Notes: generated by a model not told the origin, from the letters alone. Positions 15,482 through 23,986 are shown, counted from the first letter of the stretch. The stretch is DNA of 32,000 nucleotides from Massilicoli timonensis (GCF_900199515.1 NZ_LT963434.1:903272-935271), one strand, 5' to 3'. Numbers and translations are program-made.

Positions 15482-16522
15482 TCAGTCATGTTCATCTTCT
15501 GTTTCTTTTACCTCTGAAAATGCCTGATCCTGATAAGGAAACTGTTTCTTTCTCCAGATGTCCAGCTTTTTTTGTTTCGCTTTCTCTAACAAGGCGTCAA
15601 AATCATGCGCCGCCAAATGCGCATTGATTTCCTCTTCGCCATATAAAGCCGTCGGGGCATTTTTCTGTAACCGTAAATAGTCCTCGTAAGATACCGGAAT
15701 GCGGCTTTTTTTATGATTACGGTCATAAAGCAAAATCGATTCTTTAGAATAACAGGCCCAGACGATCCTAGCATAAGGCAAAACATGGATCGCCCCCTTT
15801 TCTTTACAGCGGTAGTACAACAGATGTGCACCGAATAACAGGTCTTTTACCTGCGCCAAATGACAGACCTCCCGATCCGCTTCGCGGCGGTTTTGTACTG
15901 ATAGGAGACGATAAGCGCGATAGGCCTTGGCTTCATCATTGAACCGGATCAAAATAAGCATGATCACACCGCCGATCACAACAGCTATGATCCAAATACA
16001 AAATCCCCAGAAAAGCGGCTTTGAAAGATTGCCGACATATCCCTGATGCAGCACATACGCGGCAATATGATAGGAAAACTGCAATTCTTCCTCTACTAAT
16101 CCCTGCTCTTCCACGTATCGATCAATTTCTTCCCGCATCTTTTGATCCATCTGTGTATGAATGCCTCCGACCGTTTCCTCACTGTTTCCATCTGCGATCA
16201 TCGCCGCAAAATAAGCGTCATCCATTTTGATCAGGTACACCTTTTCCCCGTTTATGGCAATCGGGCCATACAATTCCTGCTTGCGCCAGTCCATTCGCTG
16301 ATTATACAGACAGTCGCTTTGAAAAAGGCATTGCAAAGCATCTGTATCCGTTTCTCTGCGCAGCGCTTCATAAAAATAACTGATCCTGACCGGTGCATTG
16401 TAATATTTCACTTTCTGTGCGATCAGCACAAAGGCCGGCATCGCCAAAAGCAGCGTGAATAGGACCACCACGACACGTTTGATCAGATTATGGATTCGAT
16501 AAGTATGTATGATCTGTTTCAT
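15482..16522 (-). CDS. Hypothetical 2-TM membrane protein (unknown function)
   Basis: TM1 is VVVVLFTLLLAMPAFVLIAQ and TM2 is LFWGFCIWIIAVVIGGVIMLILI. There is an external domain of about 150 aa and a cytoplasmic domain of about 150 aa ending in an acidic tail. I recognise no family. Start re-called at the second ATG (MKQII), 6 nt from AAGGAAGG. Confidence 0.65.
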   Translation of the reverse strand: MKQIIHTYRIHNLIKRVVVVLFTLLLAMPAFVLIAQKVKYYNAPVRISYFYEALRRETDTDALQCLFQSDCLYNQRMDWRKQELYGPIAINGEKVYLIKMDDAYFAAMIADGNSEETVGGIHTQMDQKMREEIDRYVEEQGLVEEELQFSYHIAAYVLHQGYVGNLSKPLFWGFCIWIIAVVIGGVIMLILIRFNDEAKAYRAYRLLSVQNRREADREVCHLAQVKDLLFGAHLLYYRCKEKGAIHVLPYARIVWACYSKESILLYDRNHKKSRIPVSYEDYLRLQKNAPTALYGEEEINAHLAAHDFDALLEKAKQKKLDIWRKKQFPYQDQAFSEVKETEDEHD

Positions 16523-16560
16523 CGGCATCCTTCCTTTGTCACATTATAGCGAATCTAAGC

Positions 16561-16596
16561 GAAAAAGAAAAGACACACATGTCGCCATGTGTATCT
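16561..16596 (-). terminator. Rho-independent terminator after the 96-aa gene
   Basis: On the minus strand, an 11-bp stem AGAUACACAUG / CAUGUGUGUCU (one G-U pair) with a 4-nt loop, followed by UUUCUUUUUC. It overlaps the stop codon. Confidence 0.8.
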
Positions 16597-16886
16597 TATG
16601 CGTGTTTGACCCGATCTCTTTCTTCCGCTGCTTTCGCATCATTGAAGCGATCCAGCGTACCTACCAAATAACCGGTGATTCTTCTGATCTTCTCAAATTT
16701 CATCGGCGCCAAATAATAGCCGACACCGACCTCCTCACCGTCAAAATCCAAAGAGATCGATTCGATATCACGTCCCGGATTTTTCTCTTTTACATAACGG
16801 ATGTAGTTATGCAGTTCACTTTCCTCTACATCTAAATTATAAGAAATTTCAATACCGTCGATCGTTTTGTTATATACCATGCTCAT
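16596..16886 (-). CDS. Small protein with an NrdD-type (class III RNR) glycyl-radical C-terminal motif; stand-alone
   Basis: AGGAGG SD. The C-terminus KIRRITGYLVGTLDRFNDAKAAEERDRVKHA matches the extreme C-terminus of anaerobic RNR NrdD (RxxGYL ... N..K..E...RVKH). The protein contains no Cys and has no NrdD catalytic barrel. The ATG at 16880 is an alternative start. Confidence 0.7.
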   Translation of the reverse strand: MSMVYNKTIDGIEISYNLDVEESELHNYIRYVKEKNPGRDIESISLDFDGEEVGVGYYLAPMKFEKIRRITGYLVGTLDRFNDAKAAEERDRVKHA

Positions 16887-16943
16887 CAGCCTCCTATTTA
16901 AGGTTATTATAACGCGAATTGCGCATAGAAGAAACTGAAATGC

Positions 16944-18266
16944 TTATTTTTTCAACGATTTCGTTAAAATATAGTCATCCATGACATAACCGTTCCCGAT
17001 ATCGCTTACCACCGCATCACAAATGACAAAGCCCTTATGCCGATAAACATCTAAAGAATGTGTGTTGTACTTATTGCAGGTAAGCGTGATGGAAGGCAGA
17101 TCGTATTGTTTCGCCGTCTGTTCCGCCTGTTTTAACATCATGTTCGCATATCCTTTGCCTCGGTATGCTTTCTTTAGATACAGCTTGCTTAAAAACAAAG
17201 TATCCGCTTTGGGGCAAACCCCCAGATAACCGATTGCTTCTTTTCCCAAATAGGCGATCCAATATTGATAGGCGTCTTGTTTGATCGCTTTGTGGAGCGC
17301 CGTTTCACTTTGAAAGCGATCCACCATATAATCGATCTGATCAGCGCTTAACAAAGCGACAAAGTATTCATGCCAGATTCCATCAGCCAGCTTTGCCAAA
17401 GCCTTGATCTGCGCATTTGTTTCACAGCATACAAGCTGTACCTCTTTCTTTGCGGGCAGGGCAAACTCCCAAATGACTTCCGCGACCGCCCCGTGCAAAG
17501 CATCATTTTTCGTAATATGATCGGCAACTTGCTTAACGGCTTCCTGTCCATTGGCAACACATACGCCAAGTCCCGCATAAGCGATCATCGAGGCATCATT
17601 GGCATTATCGCCGATGGCAATGATATCCTCTCGCGCAATATGCAATAGCTCTGCCAGCTGTGCTAATGCTTTGCCTTTGTCGATCGAGCGATCATTTAAT
17701 TCCATATAGCGATTGCTGGAATAAGAGAGCGAAAGTGCGTCCTTCCATTCCTTCGGCATCTGTTTTTCTATTTCATACAAATAATCCATATCGTTATTTT
17801 GATACATCATCTTGATGATCTCCACGCCCGCTAACGCATCAAATGATTCGATTTCCTGATAATGCGTTGCCTCAAAATATTCCAAACGCATTTTTTCATC
17901 ATCATTGATCCGATAGATATACAAGGTATCTTCACTGAACACCTGTATGCAGACGGAAAACTGCTGACCAAACGCAAACAGCTCCCGCGCCAGATCAAAA
18001 GACATCGCACTTTTCTTCACACAGTGCAGGTCAGCACATGACAGGATCAAGGCACCGTTGTTGACCAACAGATATTCATCAGGGTTTTGCCAAAGGTGCA
18101 GTTGTCTTAACATCGGCTCTAACGTAAATCCCGGACGCCCCGTCGCCAATACAAAGCGGCCTCCCTGTTTGATAAAAGCGTCGATTGCCGCTATGTTTTC
18201 CGGCGCGATCTTGCCTGCTTCATACAATGTTTCATCAATATCACATGCAATCAGTCGATACATCAT
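16944..18266 (-). CDS. Fusion protein: N-terminal Cof-type HAD-IIB hydrolase plus C-terminal GNAT N-acetyltransferase
   Basis: The HAD domain has IACDIDETLY (motif I), ATGRP and IGDNANDASM (motif IV). The GNAT domain starts at about residue 275 (LYLKKAYRGKGYANMMLKQAE...LDVYRHKGF). GGGAGGAAG SD. Confidence 0.85.
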   Translation of the reverse strand: MMYRLIACDIDETLYEAGKIAPENIAAIDAFIKQGGRFVLATGRPGFTLEPMLRQLHLWQNPDEYLLVNNGALILSCADLHCVKKSAMSFDLARELFAFGQQFSVCIQVFSEDTLYIYRINDDEKMRLEYFEATHYQEIESFDALAGVEIIKMMYQNNDMDYLYEIEKQMPKEWKDALSLSYSSNRYMELNDRSIDKGKALAQLAELLHIAREDIIAIGDNANDASMIAYAGLGVCVANGQEAVKQVADHITKNDALHGAVAEVIWEFALPAKKEVQLVCCETNAQIKALAKLADGIWHEYFVALLSADQIDYMVDRFQSETALHKAIKQDAYQYWIAYLGKEAIGYLGVCPKADTLFLSKLYLKKAYRGKGYANMMLKQAEQTAKQYDLPSITLTCNKYNTHSLDVYRHKGFVICDAVVSDIGNGYVMDDYILTKSLKK

Positions 18267-18420
18267 TTCTTCCTCCCATCCGCACCGATTCCTTTATCAT
18301 TGATCGGTTTGCTTCCTGCTGTCATTACAACATACAGTATAACTCTAGCATAGAACAAACCGCCAGTCAATTTCTCTCAAACATAGCCGCTCATATCCTG
18401 ATTTATCACTGATTCGCCAT

Positions 18421-18445
18421 CAAAAAAGGCAGATTATCCTGCCTG
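18421..18445 (-). terminator. Rho-independent terminator after nrdB
   Basis: On the minus strand, AGGCAG-gauaau-CUGCCU followed by UUUUUU, starting directly after the stop codon. Confidence 0.7.
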
Positions 18446-19489
18446 TTACAGATCATCTACCAGCGCCGTGCTTTTCGCATAGGCGGTGGACTTTGCTTCA
18501 AAGAAATCAGTTTTGATCAGATTCGCATTGGAATACATGGATACCCATTCCATTGATTTCGGCTCTTTTTCATATCCTTCATAAAGAACCCCAAAGCCAA
18601 GTGAGGTACTGCGCAGATTTCCCAAATAGTAAATATATGCCGATACCATTTCCATCGTCAATCCTTCGATCTCATCGCCGATCACATAGGCAGCCCAGCG
18701 GATTTCTTCCTCTACGCCCTGCTTCAGCATCTTTCGATATTCTTCGATACGCTCTTTCGTAAACAACTGCGGTTCCTCTTTCTGCAATTCTAAGATCATG
18801 GAGCGAAACAGCCATAAATGCGTGTTTTCATCACGGTTGATATAGCGGATCTCCTGCACCGAACCGGGCATTTTCCCCATTCTTCCCAGATTGTAGAAAA
18901 ACATAAAGCCGGAATAAAAGTAAATGCCTTCTAAAATATAATTGGCCATCATCGTCTTCATTAAGTGATAGCTGTCACGATGAAGCTGAAAATCATTGTA
19001 GAGATCACCGATAAACTTATTTCTTGCGAGCAGATGTGCATCATCTTTCCACTGGTATAAAATATCGTTTCTTTCCTGTGGTGAACAGATCGAATCCAAC
19101 ATATAGCTGTAGCTTTGTGAATGCACCGCTTCCTGAAATGCCTGAATCGTCAAACAGAGATTGACTTCATTGGCGGTAATGTATTCACCCACATTAGGCA
19201 GATTGGCTGTCTGTATGGAATCCAGAAAGATCAAAAAGGATAAGGTCTTGTCATATGCCGTTTTTTCTGCCTTGCTTAACTTTCGATAATCTTTCACATC
19301 CTGATTCAAATTGATTTCCTCGGGGATCCAAAAATTATTCATCGCCTGTCGGTACCAGTCTGATACCCAGCTGTATTTCATATTGTTAAAATCATTCAGA
19401 TTGGTCGTATTGCCGTTGATCATGCGACGTTTTCCTACCTCGCAATCACCGCTTTCATTAAACAGCGGTTTCCGTTTCAAATCGTTCAT
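18446..19489 (-). CDS. nrdB: Class I ribonucleoside-diphosphate reductase, beta (small) subunit
   Basis: 347 aa. Di-metal ligand motifs EAVHSQSYSYM and RDENTHL, plus FWIPEEI and EGIYFYSGF. AAAGGAG SD. Confidence 0.92.
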   Translation of the reverse strand: MNDLKRKPLFNESGDCEVGKRRMINGNTTNLNDFNNMKYSWVSDWYRQAMNNFWIPEEINLNQDVKDYRKLSKAEKTAYDKTLSFLIFLDSIQTANLPNVGEYITANEVNLCLTIQAFQEAVHSQSYSYMLDSICSPQERNDILYQWKDDAHLLARNKFIGDLYNDFQLHRDSYHLMKTMMANYILEGIYFYSGFMFFYNLGRMGKMPGSVQEIRYINRDENTHLWLFRSMILELQKEEPQLFTKERIEEYRKMLKQGVEEEIRWAAYVIGDEIEGLTMEMVSAYIYYLGNLRSTSLGFGVLYEGYEKEPKSMEWVSMYSNANLIKTDFFEAKSTAYAKSTALVDDL

Positions 19490-19502
19490 AGCTGCTCCTT
19501 TC

Positions 19503-22019
19503 CTAAGATGCGCATGATTCGCATTCTTCTACTTCTAATGCCTTGCTGCGAACATAATACAGTGTTTTTACCCCACATTCCCATGCGTGGATCAGTAACT
19601 GCAATACCTGGCGAAGTGTAAATTCATTGGTAATATACAGATTGACCGATTGGGCCTGATCGATGTGGCGCTGACGGATGCCGGCAGAACGAACGATCCA
19701 GTTCTGGTCGATCGTATGTGCGTTTTTATACAGCCAGAAGGTCTTTGCATTCAGATCCGGCGCTACTCTGGCGATCATGCTGCCTTTTTTCTCTTCCAAG
19801 AAATATTTATTCATGATCGGATCGATGCCGGCCGTCGTACCGGCAATGATCGAAGTAGAACTGGTCGGTGCGATCGCCATGATCCACGCGTTGCGCAGTC
19901 CATCGGCTGCGACTTGTTCGGCAAGTTGGTTCCATGCTTCGCTGTGATAACCGCGTTTGGTAAAATAAGCTCCGCTCTGCCAGTCGCTTCCTTCAAACTG
20001 TGCATAACGTCCCTTTTCCTTTGCCAATGCATGACTTGCGGAAATCGCATGATAGTTGATCTTTTCAAACAGCTCGTCAACAAAGTGCAAATGCTCCTCA
20101 GACTCAAAACGGATTCCCTGCTTGCAGAGCATATGGTGATACCCGCTGACCCCAAGACCGATCGGACGATACATCTGGTTGGTGATCTTTGCATAGGGAA
20201 TCGGATAATAGTTGAGATCAATGACATTATCCAAAGCGCGTACCACGACTTTGATGATATGGGCGAGCGCTTCTTCATCTTCGACGGCGATATTGCCCAA
20301 TGACAGACTGGCGAGGTTACATACCACAAAATCCCCCGGCTTGCTTTGATTGACTACGATTTTCTCATTGCCGACTTCCACGATCCGGCTTTCCATCAAT
20401 TCGATCGCTTTCATGTTCTGTGCGATTTCCGTACATAGATTGCTGCAATAGATCATGCCTTTATGCGGATTGGGATTCATGCGGTTGACATGATCGCGGT
20501 TAAAGGTAAACGGCGTTCCGGTTTCTACTGCCGATTTCAATATCAGCCGCACGACATCTTTTAATACCATGGCACGTTTAGGGATCCTGGCATCCTGCAC
20601 ACATTCAAAATAGCGTTTCTCCCACTCTGCTCCATAATAATCTTCTAAGTGATAACCTTTGATCTTGTGGATCTCATGCGGACACATCAAATACCATGTC
20701 GCATTCAGATCTTCCTTTGCCATTTTCCAGAACAAGTCCGGATAGCAGATGGCAGGAAATACATCATGTGCTTTCATGCGGTCATCGCCATTGTTGGTTC
20801 TAAGACTTAAAAACTCCGGCAGATCTTTATGCCATGCGTCTAAGTACACGGCTACCGCGCCTTGTCGTACACCTAGCTGATCGACTGCGGTTGCCGTATC
20901 ATTGACGAGCTTGATCCAGCGGATGACTCCGCCGGCAGCTCCTTCAAAGCCACGAATATCACTGCCGTTGGCGCGTACTTTGCCAAAATATAATCCCATC
21001 CCGCCGCCATACTTTGACACTTGTGCGAAATTATCGATGCTTTTATAAATATTGCTGAGCGTATCTGCCACGGTGTCAATAAAACAGCTGGATAGCTGGT
21101 GGTATGGTTTGCGGGCATTGGCCATCGTCGGCGTCGCCATCGTTACCTGTAATTTGCTTAGAATATCATAGATTTCCTTTGCCCAGTGCACCCGATCGTT
21201 TTCTTTCATTGCCAAATGCATGGCAATTCCCATAAACATCTCCTGCGGTGTTTCTAAAACCTCATGGGAGTGAGAACAGATCAGATATCGCTTCTTGATC
21301 AGTTCCAATCCGCTGAAGGTAAGCAAAGCATCTCTTTCATCTTGCATATATGCTTCTAATGCGTCGATTTCTTCCTTCTGATAATGCGCTAGGATGTAAC
21401 TGCCGTAATAGCCCTCTGCTTCCAGATAGCGGATCTTCTCATAAAAAGAGGAAATTGCCAGTTTCTGCATCCGTGCGTCGATCTGTGCATGCAGTTCATA
21501 CGCATAAAACAAAGAAGCGATGTACTCCCATTTCGGCGCTTCCTTGCTGATGAGCTCCACACAGGCTTTGATCAACATCTGTAAGCGTGCATCGGCATTC
21601 ATATCCGCTTTTATGAATGATTGAAACTTTGCATGCAAATGACGAAGATCGTAAACATCTTCCTGGTAATCCTTTTGGATCTTTATCATGATCTTGCGCA
21701 AGGCCTCATTATGCGTTAACGCTAACAGTTCATTTATGATTTGGCGATGTTCCGCCTGTTTCTGCCGATATAAAATATAACGCTTTGCCTCTTGGTAAAA
21801 GCGGTGGTGCATCAGCTGTTCTTCCACCAGATCCTGTATCTTTTCTACACGCAATAAAGAGGCATCTGCTTCTGCCTGTCTTGTAATTTCCCGTACGATC
21901 TCTTGCAGTATTGCAGGACTGATTTCCGTATCGCCGCTTTGAAACGCTTTTTGGATCGCTGTGGCGATCTTTTGCCCGTTAAACTCCTGAAAGGATCCAT
22001 CTCTTTTCTGTATTTTCAT
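19503..22019 (-). CDS. nrdA: Class Ia ribonucleoside-diphosphate reductase, alpha subunit (with N-terminal ATP-cone)
   Basis: ATP-cone MKIQKRDGSFQEFNGQKIATAIQKAF, active-site CSNLCTEI and C-terminal redox pair CESCAS. The ORF-track start is a TTG with no spacer after the SD; the ATG at 22019 is 9 nt from AAGGTGG. Confidence 0.93.
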   Translation of the reverse strand: MKIQKRDGSFQEFNGQKIATAIQKAFQSGDTEISPAILQEIVREITRQAEADASLLRVEKIQDLVEEQLMHHRFYQEAKRYILYRQKQAEHRQIINELLALTHNEALRKIMIKIQKDYQEDVYDLRHLHAKFQSFIKADMNADARLQMLIKACVELISKEAPKWEYIASLFYAYELHAQIDARMQKLAISSFYEKIRYLEAEGYYGSYILAHYQKEEIDALEAYMQDERDALLTFSGLELIKKRYLICSHSHEVLETPQEMFMGIAMHLAMKENDRVHWAKEIYDILSKLQVTMATPTMANARKPYHQLSSCFIDTVADTLSNIYKSIDNFAQVSKYGGGMGLYFGKVRANGSDIRGFEGAAGGVIRWIKLVNDTATAVDQLGVRQGAVAVYLDAWHKDLPEFLSLRTNNGDDRMKAHDVFPAICYPDLFWKMAKEDLNATWYLMCPHEIHKIKGYHLEDYYGAEWEKRYFECVQDARIPKRAMVLKDVVRLILKSAVETGTPFTFNRDHVNRMNPNPHKGMIYCSNLCTEIAQNMKAIELMESRIVEVGNEKIVVNQSKPGDFVVCNLASLSLGNIAVEDEEALAHIIKVVVRALDNVIDLNYYPIPYAKITNQMYRPIGLGVSGYHHMLCKQGIRFESEEHLHFVDELFEKINYHAISASHALAKEKGRYAQFEGSDWQSGAYFTKRGYHSEAWNQLAEQVAADGLRNAWIMAIAPTSSTSIIAGTTAGIDPIMNKYFLEEKKGSMIARVAPDLNAKTFWLYKNAHTIDQNWIVRSAGIRQRHIDQAQSVNLYITNEFTLRQVLQLLIHAWECGVKTLYYVRSKALEVEECESCAS

Positions 22020-22306
22020 GATAGCCAACCACCTTTTTTATCAGTATAGATGAAATGAGCGGTTCTTCGCAACTGAGATGACTGAAAGAAAACAGGCATG
22101 CTATTTACAATCCTTTTCAGTGTGATTTCTGCAACATCTTTTCAATTGTGCTTACGGAACTGTGTTTTCCTTTATAATCGTCTAAGCGGCAATAGTCTAT
22201 TTTTTGTATATTTGAACGAAAAAAGCGACATTTTTTGTACCATTATTTTGTTGTAAGCCTCCCTTTTTCTTTAGTAAAATGAAAATGCAAGGAGGACAAT
22301 GCAACT

Positions 22307-22945
22307 ATGATCATGAAAAAAATGAAGACGACTGCGCGCATGTATGAAGTCGGCGCACTGGCAATCGTGCGTGCGGAAACACTGGAGCGTGCCTGTGAAA
22401 TTGCCGATGGCTGTATCAAGGGCGGCGTGCCGGTCATGGAAATGAGCTATACCTTAAATAATGCCGGTACGATCATTGAAGGATTAAAGCAGAAATACGG
22501 TGATGCGCTTTGTGTAGGTGCAGGGACGGTGCTGGATCGGGAAACGGCGCGGCATGCGATCTTGCACGGCGCACAGTTCATCATCGCTCCTAATTTTGAC
22601 AAAGGTGTCGCGGAAATGTGCAATCGCTATCAGATTCCTTATGCACCGGGCTGTACGACATTGAGCGAAGCGATCGAAGGGCTGAGCAGCGGAGCGGCTT
22701 TCATCAAAGCCTTCCCCATCTCCGATTTCTATGGTCCAAAGCTGGTAAAGGTATTCAAAACACCGATTCCTGATATGCCGATCCTCGCATCCGGCGGCAT
22801 CCATTTGGATAATCTGCAAAACTGGCTGGAAAATGGAGTCGATGTCTGTGGATTCGGCGGCTTGCTCACAAAGGGAAGCAGTGATGAGATTGCGGAAAAT
22901 GCCGCTAAGATCAAAGCGATCATTGCCGCTTATCGTAATCAGTAA
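22307..22945 (+). CDS. eda: 2-dehydro-3-deoxyphosphogluconate / 4-hydroxy-2-oxoglutarate aldolase (KDPG/KHG aldolase)
   Basis: 212 aa. Motifs IVRAETLE, GGVPVMEMSYT, GAGTVLD, PGCTTLSE and FIKAFP (Schiff-base Lys region). AAGGAGGA SD. Confidence 0.85.
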   Translation: MIMKKMKTTARMYEVGALAIVRAETLERACEIADGCIKGGVPVMEMSYTLNNAGTIIEGLKQKYGDALCVGAGTVLDRETARHAILHGAQFIIAPNFDKGVAEMCNRYQIPYAPGCTTLSEAIEGLSSGAAFIKAFPISDFYGPKLVKVFKTPIPDMPILASGGIHLDNLQNWLENGVDVCGFGGLLTKGSSDEIAENAAKIKAIIAAYRNQ

Positions 22946-23018
22946 ACAGTATTTCTTTTCTCAAAACCTCTCTTCTAAAAGAACACACTATTACAGCTTG
23001 TAATAAGCAAACCCATAT

Positions 23019-23086
23019 AAAAAACTCGCCTATGGCAAGATTCTGCAAAGCAATCGCAGATCCTATTCGCCTGATGCGAGTTTTTT
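23019..23086. terminator. Long-loop hairpin with A-run and U-run flanks between convergent eda and the ZIP gene (probable bidirectional terminator)
   Basis: Outer 11-bp stem AAAAAACTCGC / GCGAGTTTTTT encloses 46 nt, which contain an inner 5-bp hairpin (TCTGC...GCAGA). Confidence 0.4.
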
Positions 23087-23197
23087 CTATTCTGTTTCTA
23101 TATTCCTATTTCCCCATTCGCGTCCTCCCTTATTTGAAAGTACGCACATGGAAATTTTATTATTTGTGCTCTCGCTTTACAGCGATTCGCAAAGCCA

Positions 23198-23986
23198 TCA
23201 GCCAAGCGCAACATCCAATATCATCATCAGCACAAAGCCGAACGCTACACCGACCGTTGCAATGTTGGTGTGCTCTCCATGCTGTGCCTCCGGAATCAAT
23301 TCCTCTACCACGACATAAATCATCGCCCCGGCCGCAAATGAAAGCAAATACGGCAAGATCGGTACGACAAAGTTGGTGAGCAGGATCGTGAAAGCAGCTG
23401 CCAGCGGTTCTACAATGCCCGTCATCATGCCATAGAAAAAGGATTTGCTTTTGGAATGCGATGCACTTTTTAAGGGCATGGAAATGATGGCGCCCTCGGG
23501 AAAATTTTGAATGGCGATCCCGATCGTCAAAGCAAACGCTCCCGCTAGTGACAAATTGACATTACCGGCTAAAAAACCGGCAAACACGACGCCCACCGCC
23601 ATTCCTTCCGGAATGTTATGCAAAGTAACCGCCAATACCAGCATCGTATTCTTTTTCAGATGGGATTTCACCCCTTCCGGCTGATCACTATCTAAATGCA
23701 AATGCGGGATCACACTGTCTAATAAGAGCAGAAATCCCATACCGGCAAGAAAACCGACTGCCGCAGGTACAAACGACCATTTTTCTAAATGTGCAGAGGC
23801 ATCCAAAGAAGGAATCAGCAGCGACCAAACACTGGCAGCGACCATGACCCCTGATGCAAAGCCAAGCAAGATCTTCTGCACCCATTCTTTCATCTCATTG
23901 CGCATAAAAAAGACCATGGCACTGCCTAGTGTCGTGCCGACAAAAGGAATCAACAAACCGATAACCACACTTGTAAATTCAGACAT
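23198..23986 (-). CDS. ZIP family metal (zinc/iron) transporter, ZupT-like
   Basis: Motifs HNIPEGMAVG, AIQNFPEGAI and HGEH. Start re-called at MSEFTSVVIG, with AAGGAG 8 nt upstream. Confidence 0.88.
   Translation of the reverse strand: MSEFTSVVIGLLIPFVGTTLGSAMVFFMRNEMKEWVQKILLGFASGVMVAASVWSLLIPSLDASAHLEKWSFVPAAVGFLAGMGFLLLLDSVIPHLHLDSDQPEGVKSHLKKNTMLVLAVTLHNIPEGMAVGVVFAGFLAGNVNLSLAGAFALTIGIAIQNFPEGAIISMPLKSASHSKSKSFFYGMMTGIVEPLAAAFTILLTNFVVPILPYLLSFAAGAMIYVVVEELIPEAQHGEHTNIATVGVAFGFVLMMILDVALG

Noticed and set aside
19650-20303. 217-aa plus-strand ORF (and others at 19678-19947 and 19811-20329) inside nrdA
   Set aside because: These are antisense or alternative-frame artefacts within a strongly supported 838-aa RNR alpha gene. 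They have no ribosome-binding sites and arbitrary composition.
22029-22306. NrdR boxes (16-bp palindromes of the acaCwAtATaTwGtgt type) or a riboswitch upstream of nrdA
   Set aside because: I found only weak half-matches (CACAATTGAAAAGATGTTG, CACACTGAAAAGGATTGTA) that are not palindromic. I cannot support an NrdR site by eye, and a position-weight-matrix scan would be needed. A plausible promoter (TTGCGA-18-TATACT) lies close to the SD.
23197-23211. 15-nt exact repeat ATCAGCCAAGCGCAA shared with 31204-31218
   Set aside because: One copy encodes the C-terminus and stop of the ZIP transporter and the other is intergenic. There is no extended similarity on either side. A single 15-mer coincidence is roughly what chance predicts for all pairwise comparisons in 32 kb on both strands.
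23032-23379. 115-aa plus-strand ORF in the eda/ZIP convergent region
   Set aside because: It starts inside the hairpin element, has no SD, and its second half is antisense to the ZIP transporter gene.
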